Virus record (IMG/VR): IMGVR_UViG_3300032225_000322
Coordinates: 1 to 27,310 of that record
Length of the DNA: 27,310 bases
From: a virus
Taxonomy: Duplodnaviria > Caudoviricetes
Strand: one strand, 5' to 3'
The position numbers and the translations under genes are program-made. The notes below the pieces were generated by a model, which had not been told where the DNA came from, searched no databases, and worked only from the letters and a program-made list of their open reading frames with translations. Below are positions 1 to 7,516 of this stretch, one piece after another (the stretch's first letter is position 1; every line of letters starts with the position of its first letter).

Positions 1-2115
1 GATGCCGTCGTAGCCTTGCTTGCGAGCACGAGTGCTTACTTCTTTAGTTAAACCGCCTTTATCTTCGTAAGCCTTTTCCATTATGGCTTCGGCTTTTTCT
101 GTAGACACGCCGAGCGCTTCTAATAAAGCAACACCTGGATCTTTAGCTCTGTTATTAGTATGGATAATTAAAGGGTTTCGCAAGTCCGCAAAAACAGGCA
201 AAACATTACCGGTTGGAATTCCTTCTCCAGTTTTTTGAGCTTGTCGCAAAGGAGCAGTTATGTGCTCATTGCCGGTTTTTTCTAAAGCATCTATTACTTC
301 TGGGGTTGGTATGCCCGCATAATTATTTGAAATATCTGTTTGTGGGGTTAAGTAAACTCCTTCGCCCAAAGAACCTTCTTTGCTAACTTTAAACTGCGCA
401 ATACCTTTGCCTTGATTAGTTTCAGTTGTGCCATGATAAAGCGGGATCATGCGTCCGTTATCGTCTCTTACCTTTGATTCTTTAAAGTGCGCTTCAAATT
501 CCGCCGTATCTGGAATTGCAGGGGCATTAGATGGTAGCTGTGTCCCTGGCTTTTGGTTTTGCGCAGCTTCTAAACGTTTTAGTTCGTTTAAATAAACATC
601 TGCGGCTTCTTTACCTACAGTATATTCTAAATTCTGCGCTGTTTGTAAATTAGCCCTACTAATTTCACCTTTAAAATCATCCCGTGCAGACTGAATTATC
701 GGAGCATTTTCCCTAGTCTTTATAAATGCTTCTTCTTCAGCAACTAAAGCTTGATATTCTTTACCTTTTTTAGAATTAGCTAGTGGTATTCTGCCAGTCT
801 TAGTTAATAAAGCCGTTTTTTTGTCTTGAAACTCTTGAAGTTTTGCTTCTGCTTCCGCTCTTGTTAATGCACCCTGCTGTGATCCTTCTCCCACTCCAGA
901 TGTATCAGTAAGTCCTTTATCTCCACCCACGCTTCCAGGGGGAGGTGTTGTAGTTCCTGCGGCGGACTCGCCGGCTTCTTGTTGCTCAGATATAGGAACG
1001 CCTGACTTAGTTCTTCCGGTGTCAGTTCCAGTGTCAGTGTCTCGCTCATCTGTTTTGCCTTCTTTCTGTATCCGTATCATGTTATCAACGATTGCGCCAA
1101 TTTGCTCGTCTGTTGGAGTTTCTCCTCTGGCTTCCAAATCGTTTCGTACTGTATTGGCTAATTCGGCACGTTCTTTTTTGCTGAAATATTCTTTACCACC
1201 TTGAATGCCCGCACCTAAACCGCCGCCGACTATGGCGCCTTCAAGCATGTTTTGAGCTAACTCTGCAGCATCAACGCCTTTTTGAGTTCCTGCTGTACCA
1301 CCAAGATAACCAGCACCTTCTTCAAGAGCTTCTGTGCCGGATTGTACCGCCGTTTCTTTACCAATTCTACGTGCACCTGTAGACGCTTCAGCACCAAGTT
1401 TACCTTTAAACAAGCCTTTAGTAGCAAATCTCTCAAGCGTAGTTTCTATAACAGCTGCACCTGTAGCCGCAGTAATGTCAGCAATAGTTACGTCTTCTAA
1501 TTTTTTGTTATCGTTTTTAATGCGGTCGTTAAGAATCTCATTAGTTCTTGCCACTAAATAAGCTGGAGCTGCCATAGCCGCCGCTGCCATATCCGGAGCC
1601 GAAGCAATAACTCGTTCTGCAATAAAAGGAACAAGTAATAATGGTTTACCAGGAATTTCACCTAACTGAGTAGAAGGCGCATAGCCAATGTCTTTACCAT
1701 AATTACGTAAGGTATCTGCCCACTGGAACATAGGCTCTAACTGACGCTCGTTTTTAATTTGCTCTGGAGTTAGGTTTGTTAAAGGCACTGCTGTTTCTAA
1801 CTTATCGCCAAGGTTTTCTGCAACACGAGCAACGGCTTCTACGCCTTCACCGGCTAAACTAGACGCACGGGCAACAAGCCCCATAAATGGATTAGCAGTT
1901 TTATTTTCTTGAGCAGGCTCGGCCACAAACCTGCCTAAACTATCGGGCTGCGGTCCACTTACACCAAACCTATTACGAATAGCAGCTTGAGTTGCCTGAT
2001 TAGCTTCGGTGTAATTTTTATCTTGACCCGAATACTTATTAAAAATAGCTTCTTTAGTTGCTTCGTTTGCGTTTACGTAGTTAGGATCATTTAAAATCGT
2101 TAACAAATCTGCCAT
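1..2115 (-). CDS. Large polyvalent/ejected virion protein (3' end beyond window) with ART-PolyVal-like ADP-ribosyltransferase domain at about 1-498
   Basis: Hand translation from ATG at 2115 (2 nt after the stop of the 870-aa gene) is open to position 1 (705 codons): MADLLTILNDPNYVNANEATKEAIF... The last part reads FEAHFKESKVRDDNGRMIPLYHGT...SLGEGVYLTP...NNYAG...NVLPVFADLRNPL...RKQGYDGI, matching the motif series of ART domains in phage polyvalent proteins. Probably absent from the ORF track because it has no stop in the window. Confidence 0.9.
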   Translation of the reverse strand, partial: MADLLTILNDPNYVNANEATKEAIFNKYSGQDKNYTEANQATQAAIRNRFGVSGPQPDSLGRFVAEPAQENKTANPFMGLVARASSLAGEGVEAVARVAENLGDKLETAVPLTNLTPEQIKNERQLEPMFQWADTLRNYGKDIGYAPSTQLGEIPGKPLLLVPFIAERVIASAPDMAAAAMAAPAYLVARTNEILNDRIKNDNKKLEDVTIADITAATGAAVIETTLERFATKGLFKGKLGAEASTGARRIGKETAVQSGTEALEEGAGYLGGTAGTQKGVDAAELAQNMLEGAIVGGGLGAGIQGGKEYFSKKERAELANTVRNDLEARGETPTDEQIGAIVDNMIRIQKEGKTDERDTDTGTDTGRTKSGVPISEQQEAGESAAGTTTPPPGSVGGDKGLTDTSGVGEGSQQGALTRAEAEAKLQEFQDKKTALLTKTGRIPLANSKKGKEYQALVAEEEAFIKTRENAPIIQSARDDFKGEISRANLQTAQNLEYTVGKEAADVYLNELKRLEAAQNQKPGTQLPSNAPAIPDTAEFEAHFKESKVRDDNGRMIPLYHGTTETNQGKGIAQFKVSKEGSLGEGVYLTPQTDISNNYAGIPTPEVIDALEKTGNEHITAPLRQAQKTGEGIPTGNVLPVFADLRNPLIIHTNNRAKDPGVALLEALGVSTEKAEAIMEKAYEDKGGLTKEVSTRARKQGYDGI
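864..1049 (-). CDS. Putative nested (overprinted, +1 frame) 61-aa acidic helical protein inside the polyvalent gene
   Basis: ATG start; GAAGG at 1058-1062, 8 nt upstream; protein-like amphipathic sequence (LTPEELSQAFLYL, LPLEAWVEIKDLLIHLEWE); local GC about 53% versus about 34% at 661-840; the host frame here is a low-complexity linker. Confidence 0.6.
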   Translation of the reverse strand: MSETLTLELTPEELSQAFLYLSNKKPASPPQELQHLPLEAWVEIKDLLIHLEWEKDHSRVH

Positions 2116-2117
2116 TT

Positions 2118-4730
2118 TTATCCGCCAAGTAATGGGTTTTTAGTGTCTACTTGCCCTTTTGCTCCACCACCGCTAGCCCCTGCAGTTTGTTGTCCACCGC
2201 CAAGCCTTTTAACAATATTTTGATATATCTGTATTTTTTGTTCTTCAAGTTTTTTTCTGTCTTTTGGATCAAGTTCAGTGTTTTGCAATTTTAAGTTAAT
2301 AAGTTCAGTCTCGGCGGCAAACGCTTTTTCAATTTGTCCTTGGATAGTAGTATCAGCAGTTTTGTTTGATGCTGTGCTATACGCTGCTATTACTTCTGTC
2401 ATTGTCGGCTCACGCCCAAGTTTAGTTCTAAGTTCCTCACGAACAGCTTCTTTTTCTTTTGCAACCAAGTCGTAAGGAGCTTTGTGACTAGCAGCATTAA
2501 TACTTGCGGCACCAAGCGTAGCTGCGTTATTACCTTGAGCAATCTTAAGTTGGTTTTGCAATGTTTGGGCGTTGTCAAAGTGTTTGTTAGCTGCCTCAAT
2601 ATCTCCAGCGGCTCTTGCACGTACACCAGCTTCGTACTCTGCACCAGCTTTAGCAGTAGCCGATTTAAGCTCGTCAATAGTTTTAATATTAGCAGCCTTC
2701 TCACCAAGGTATCCAGTAGCAGCGCTACCAAGTTGACCGAATGTGTTTTTACCACCAGTCGGTTGTGTAAGGGACAAGAACGCTTTAGCTCTAGCCATAC
2801 GCTCTAACTGATCTTCTTTGCCAGCAATACCAGCTTGTTGTGCTTCTATTGAAGCTTGATATGCTTTACCTTTTTCACCAACAACATCAGGGTTAACACC
2901 TAACATGCGCATCATGTCTTGTTGTTCTTTTACGTAGTCGGCACGGGTCTTTTCTTTAGTCGCTTCTTTGTCAATAGCTTTTTGGGCCACTTTAGCTGGA
3001 GCTTTATTTGCAGCGTCTTGTGCAGCAGCATCTTTTTCAGCCTGTATACGCTGTTGGTCTACTAAACTATCACCTTCACCAGCAAAGGCAACAATGCCAC
3101 CGCCAGCCATTCTGCTACCCATGTTGTTAAACATATCACCACCGCCTTGAGCAATACCGCTCATCCTATCTGTTGGCATAGGGGGTTGTTGTGGGGGAGG
3201 CGCAGCTTGGGCCATCATCTGACCTGCTTGTGGGTTACTTCTAACGTATTGGTTATTAATCAAAGCACTATCAAATGTATTGTGCTCGTCTGGAGTAATG
3301 CCCGGTAAACCTTTAACTATATTTAGCTGCTTATCATCCATGCGGCCAGCCAGGGACTCAAGTTGAGGTTCGTTAACAAGCGTACCATATCTATAGCCGG
3401 GGACTTCTGCAATACCACCCGAGCGCATCTTTTTAATATCATCAACCGAGCCACCTTCACGAGCAGGTTTGCCACCGTATAAAGAACCAGCAGCGCCGAG
3501 TAAGCCCGTAGCCTGCATACCAAAACTTGGTTGCGCTTGATAAGAAGCTGTAGTTGTAGACTGCATTGGTAAACCACGCAACATAGAGTTAAGAACACCC
3601 AACTGCATGTATGGATATTGTTGTGCTGTAGCGTAGTTTTGAATCGCTTGATTCATAATCTGCTGTTGTTGAGCTTGTTGCTGACCGCCCATTGTATTTT
3701 GCAAATTAGCAATGCCTGTTTGAGCGTTAAGCTGTTGACCACCAATATTAGCTAAATTTTGAGCAGCGGTATTTGCCATACCATAACCAGCTTGTTGTGC
3801 GCCGACACCCTGTAAACCGGTTTGTGCGCCTTGTAAACCCATGCCATAACCTTGCATAGCTTGAGATCCTGCTTGGCCAACACCTTGTAAACCCATACCG
3901 TAGCCAGATAGGGCTTGTTGATTTCCAGCTAAAGCTGCTTGATTAGCAGCGTTCATTTGTTGCTGAGCTTGATTAAATGCTGTGTTGTATCCTTGACCAA
4001 TAATTTGATTCTGAGCCAACATTTGGTTTTGTTGGTTTAAAGAATTTGCTAATGCAGAACGTGACCCACCAAAAGCACCAGCAGATGTAGCAGCGCCTTG
4101 CTGTTGTTGACCAGCTATACCGTACTGTTGGTTGGCTAGTTGTAGCGCTGGGTTTAACGAGTTTTGTAAATACGGGTTCATGTAAGCGCCGACAGCGCTT
4201 GGGTCCGTAGACATTTGCCCTAAAGATTGCCCAATAGCAGCACCTTGTTGACCTTGCATTGCACCAGCGTTACCGTACGCATTTGACTGTCTTGCATATT
4301 GTTGTCCAGCCTGAGCTCCTAAATTACCGTACTGCTGGCCTTGTTGACCATACGCACTTGCTTGACCTGTAGTACCTAAAGCGCCTCTTCCCGCAATTCC
4401 GGCCATCTGGCTAGCAGCACCGTATTGTCCTGGCACTCGCATATTAGCAGCCGATGATTGTGCTTGTTGTTGCAGTGGAGAGAATCCTGCAACGTAATCT
4501 TCTGGGTTATCACTATAAGGTCTATACGGATTAAACCCGGTCATGTCCTTGTTGTAGACTTGCGCTTGTGCAGCGTTCATCATATTTTCTACATAAGGCT
4601 TTGCATACTCAGGAATATTAGTATTGTATGAAGTTGTTTGGCTAGGTTGACCGCCACCGCCACTGGGGCCGGAATCTCTAAGGACGCCACCATCGGCTAA
4701 TGCAAATCGTTTGTGTCTTAAAATGCTCAT
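2118..4730 (-). CDS. Ejection/DNA-transfer (internal virion) protein, Gln/Gly/Ala-rich
   Basis: 870-aa ORF; AYMNPY and GAFGGSR motifs, Q-rich helical segments and a coiled-coil C-terminal half; lies between the GNAT-like gene and the giant protein, as P22-type ejection genes do. Confidence 0.75.
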   Translation of the reverse strand: MSILRHKRFALADGGVLRDSGPSGGGGQPSQTTSYNTNIPEYAKPYVENMMNAAQAQVYNKDMTGFNPYRPYSDNPEDYVAGFSPLQQQAQSSAANMRVPGQYGAASQMAGIAGRGALGTTGQASAYGQQGQQYGNLGAQAGQQYARQSNAYGNAGAMQGQQGAAIGQSLGQMSTDPSAVGAYMNPYLQNSLNPALQLANQQYGIAGQQQQGAATSAGAFGGSRSALANSLNQQNQMLAQNQIIGQGYNTAFNQAQQQMNAANQAALAGNQQALSGYGMGLQGVGQAGSQAMQGYGMGLQGAQTGLQGVGAQQAGYGMANTAAQNLANIGGQQLNAQTGIANLQNTMGGQQQAQQQQIMNQAIQNYATAQQYPYMQLGVLNSMLRGLPMQSTTTASYQAQPSFGMQATGLLGAAGSLYGGKPAREGGSVDDIKKMRSGGIAEVPGYRYGTLVNEPQLESLAGRMDDKQLNIVKGLPGITPDEHNTFDSALINNQYVRSNPQAGQMMAQAAPPPQQPPMPTDRMSGIAQGGGDMFNNMGSRMAGGGIVAFAGEGDSLVDQQRIQAEKDAAAQDAANKAPAKVAQKAIDKEATKEKTRADYVKEQQDMMRMLGVNPDVVGEKGKAYQASIEAQQAGIAGKEDQLERMARAKAFLSLTQPTGGKNTFGQLGSAATGYLGEKAANIKTIDELKSATAKAGAEYEAGVRARAAGDIEAANKHFDNAQTLQNQLKIAQGNNAATLGAASINAASHKAPYDLVAKEKEAVREELRTKLGREPTMTEVIAAYSTASNKTADTTIQGQIEKAFAAETELINLKLQNTELDPKDRKKLEEQKIQIYQNIVKRLGGGQQTAGASGGGAKGQVDTKNPLLGG

Positions 4731-4733
4731 TTT

Positions 4734-5168
4734 TTAGTCCTTAAAAAACTTTTGGTACGAAACGCTTTGTACTTCATATCCGTACTTTTTAACATGTTTT
4801 CCCCAACCGGGACGCCCAATTAATTCAATTCCTGCGCACTGCGTATCTTTAGCAAATCTATCTAATACGTCGTACATTTTGTCTTCTACATACTGCATGT
4901 GATTAGCTTCTCCGGCACAATATTGGATAACTAACATTTTACACTGCGGGTATTGCTTTACTTCTGTTATTACATGCCCATAAGCTTTTTGCTCTTCAGG
5001 GGAAAAAACCATCCACAACTGCATATGGCCGTTAAGGATAAAACGCACTATATCGTCAACTGTAGACCTACCTCTAGTCCTCAATTCAGATTCTTTAAAG
5101 TATGGGTATAAAGCCCCTACAGTCTCGCTTATCTTTCCGACTGGTACTAAAGAGATTTCTAAGTTCAT
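4734..5168 (-). CDS. GNAT-fold acetyltransferase-like virion assembly protein (P22 gp14-like position)
   Basis: 144 aa; QLWMV...GHVITEVKQYP...LVIQYCAG...CAGIELIGRPGWGKHVKKYGY pattern typical of phage GNAT-like proteins next to ejection genes; ATGA overlap with the upstream gene. Confidence 0.65.
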   Translation of the reverse strand: MNLEISLVPVGKISETVGALYPYFKESELRTRGRSTVDDIVRFILNGHMQLWMVFSPEEQKAYGHVITEVKQYPQCKMLVIQYCAGEANHMQYVEDKMYDVLDRFAKDTQCAGIELIGRPGWGKHVKKYGYEVQSVSYQKFFKD

Positions 5169-7180
5169 TTAGGTAGATATTTCCCCGGTTTAACTTGCGG
5201 AGCTTGTTTCTTTTTGCCCGTTCTTGCGTTTCTTATTTTATCCATCATTGCATAAAGTTGCTTAGCACCGGCCTCAGTAGAGCCATTACCTAAATGAGAT
5301 ACCACATCTGCAGGTACTACAAATTCACCGTCGGCGAGGCGAGCTGGTTGGCGTTTACCAATCTGAGCTGGGATAGAATCAGACATGCCATCACCAGGGC
5401 CTTTAAGTAACCGACCGCCATCTGAGTAACCGCCTAATCCAGAAATACTGCCACCCATAGCGTAATGTAAATCTTGAGGCATCAAACCACCGCCAGCAGC
5501 GCCTGCGCCAACAGCATTAATCACCCACGGGTCAAAGTTATTTGCTGCATCTTGTTCAGCTTTTAATTCGGCTTGCACAGCAGCATATTGAGGCGAGCCT
5601 GCCATACCTTTAGGGTCAATAGCGTATCCAGTGCTGTTAGGCATTGCGCTTCTTGTAGGGATTGGGATCCCGCCGTATGCTTGTGCCATAGACGGATCAA
5701 ATGGGGTTTGAGCATAATTAGCATAATTAGCGTAGTTTGGACGATACACTTGTGGCGCAGCTGATTGGCTTGGTTGAAAATTACCTGTAGTAGAAGGTTG
5801 CGTTTGTGCTTGCGCTACTGCTTTTTGAACATCGCCCCCAAAAGCCATACCAATTATGCCGCCACTAGCTTCAGACTCAATATCACCGAGTTGTTTAGCT
5901 TCTTTAAGGGCTACTACATCTTTGCCCATTCCTGCTTTTTTAGAACGTTTTTTAAAGTTATACAGCGCTGCATTGTAAGCATCTAGGTCACGAGTGTTTG
6001 GATCGGTGTCGGTGTATATGCCAGGGTCAGCGCCAGAAGTTCGTGATAAAGTTACCGGCTCTTGAGTAGTAGCGGCGTTGTAAGCGTTAGCGGCGTCTAC
6101 TAAACTACCTGTTTTACCTGCATAAGAAGTAATGCCACCAGAAGCCATATGGTTTGTAGGCTCGCCAGTTAATGGGTTTGTCTCTGGGTCATAGCTAGCT
6201 AAAGTAGCTTGCATACTCATCGGGGTTTGTGGTGACGACGCATATTGCGTGTGGTCAATCTGGCTGCCTGGATACATACCACCAGAAGTAAAGTTTTTAT
6301 CTTGGGTTACACCGCCAATAGCCATACGTTGTGCACCGGGTTGATACGGATTTTTAGTGTAGTCGGTGTACTTTGCTTGGTACGCTGGGTTTGGCCGTTC
6401 TGGGAATGAACCTTGGAAGTTAGGGGACAAACTCTTTAAACTAAACGGATTTTGTTGCTGCTGACCGCCAGGCATTGTTGGGTTATTAAATGCACCCGTT
6501 AAAACTGGAGCCGCTGCCATACCAATATTGCTGACGTTATTAGCTAAAAAAGCTCCTGGAGCTGCGCTTGCTGCTTTTAACCCAGAACCCATAAGACTAG
6601 CGTTAGAAGGGGCAGCACCAAACGAATTAGTAAACGCCTGACCATAAGCATTTGCCGCTTCTGGGGTAATTGTTCCGTTAGCTACGCCTTGTGATAAAGC
6701 TTGTGGAGTCATTTTTGGAACGCTATTTAAACCAGGATCTAATGCGCTTGTACCTGCTTCTGTAGCACTTGCTAGTCCTGCTTCTCCAGCTGTTGCAGCT
6801 CCTGCACTCATTAACCCACTAGCCAAATTAGCACCGCCATAAGCACCAATACCTGCCATAATGCCTTGCTTTAAACTGCCTGTAACAGCGTAGTCGGCGG
6901 CACCAATACCACCAGCGGCAAGTGCAGAGTAAGCTTCTAGAGACATTCCACCAGTTTCAGGAGCCAAGGCAACAGCCGCAGCGCCAGCAAGCATAGGCAA
7001 AATACCGCTTAAAAATCCTGCTTCGGCAAGACCTGTTTCTGGGTTAATAGTTAAGCTACCACCATGAGCTTTAGCCATAGTCTGCAAACCACGAACTTCA
7101 TCCTTAGTCATGTGAACTAATTCGGTGTCGCTTCCACGACCTTGTCTTTTTAAGTGTTCTGCAGCTAATTTTAGGCTCAT
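5165..7180 (-). CDS. Internal virion/ejection protein
   Basis: 671 aa; N-terminal GRGSDTELVHM...GGSLTINPETGLAE motif then hydrophobic Gly/Ala helices; several MAxGG motifs; C-terminal GPGDGMSDSIPA...LADGEFV domain; RBS TAAGGGG at 7186-7192. Confidence 0.75.
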   Translation of the reverse strand: MSLKLAAEHLKRQGRGSDTELVHMTKDEVRGLQTMAKAHGGSLTINPETGLAEAGFLSGILPMLAGAAAVALAPETGGMSLEAYSALAAGGIGAADYAVTGSLKQGIMAGIGAYGGANLASGLMSAGAATAGEAGLASATEAGTSALDPGLNSVPKMTPQALSQGVANGTITPEAANAYGQAFTNSFGAAPSNASLMGSGLKAASAAPGAFLANNVSNIGMAAAPVLTGAFNNPTMPGGQQQQNPFSLKSLSPNFQGSFPERPNPAYQAKYTDYTKNPYQPGAQRMAIGGVTQDKNFTSGGMYPGSQIDHTQYASSPQTPMSMQATLASYDPETNPLTGEPTNHMASGGITSYAGKTGSLVDAANAYNAATTQEPVTLSRTSGADPGIYTDTDPNTRDLDAYNAALYNFKKRSKKAGMGKDVVALKEAKQLGDIESEASGGIIGMAFGGDVQKAVAQAQTQPSTTGNFQPSQSAAPQVYRPNYANYANYAQTPFDPSMAQAYGGIPIPTRSAMPNSTGYAIDPKGMAGSPQYAAVQAELKAEQDAANNFDPWVINAVGAGAAGGGLMPQDLHYAMGGSISGLGGYSDGGRLLKGPGDGMSDSIPAQIGKRQPARLADGEFVVPADVVSHLGNGSTEAGAKQLYAMMDKIRNARTGKKKQAPQVKPGKYLPK

Positions 7181-7208
7181 AGAGGCCCCTTACAGGTTGA
7201 TTTTGTTA

Positions 7209-7217
7209 ATTTTATCA
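7209..7217 (-). promoter_or_regulatory. Putative sigma70-type extended -10 promoter (TGaTAAAAT) for the ejection-protein genes
   Basis: Minus strand reads TATGATAAAATT in the largest intergenic gap of the window (7181-7219); no consensus -35 at 17-nt spacing (AGTGGA). Confidence 0.5.
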
Positions 7218-7219
7218 TA

Positions 7220-7516
7220 TTAAACCGTTGTTCCACTAGCGTTTTTCCACACCGTACCGTTCCACCAAATGGGAATTCCTAAGGTAGTATCAAAAAATAT
7301 CTGCCCAACTAGTAGGTTTTCAATAGGTCTATTTGCAGTAGTGTTATTAACCGGGATTGACGTTGCTTGGTTATAGTTATCTAGCTGGTTAAAATACAGA
7401 CGCATAATGTTATTTACTTCGTCTTGGTACGTTTGACTGTACTCTACCGGAGCAATTAATAAATTAGGAGATTTTGGGTAGCGTAAAGTACCAATCTTAT
7501 TATCTGTATTTGCCAT
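7220..7516 (-). CDS. Small tail-associated protein (P22 gp26-like position)
   Basis: 98 aa; PNLLIAPVEYS...LYFNQLD helix plus TTANRP...GQIFFDTTLGIPIWWNG fibre-type module; TAATG-coupled to the tail hub gene. Confidence 0.6.
   Translation of the reverse strand: MANTDNKIGTLRYPKSPNLLIAPVEYSQTYQDEVNNIMRLYFNQLDNYNQATSIPVNNTTANRPIENLLVGQIFFDTTLGIPIWWNGTVWKNASGTTV

Noticed and set aside
2118-2135. C-terminal LLGG of the 870-aa protein as a ubiquitin-like conjugation tail
   Set aside because: No beta-grasp domain precedes it and no E1/E2/JAB genes are in the window; a single GG end in a Gly-rich protein is unremarkable.
2399-3598. Alternate-frame minus-strand ORFs 2399-2755 and 3323-3598 inside the 870-aa gene
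   Set aside because: Non-ATG starts and Leu/Val-rich text typical of frame-shifted GCT/GGT codons. Unlike 864-1049, I saw no clear RBS and no degeneration of the host frame.
3780-3905. 54-nt-spaced repeats (ccttgtaaacccat) in the 870-aa gene
   Set aside because: These encode ordinary 18-aa helical repeats (GYGMGLQG) with synonymous differences; not a separate DNA element.
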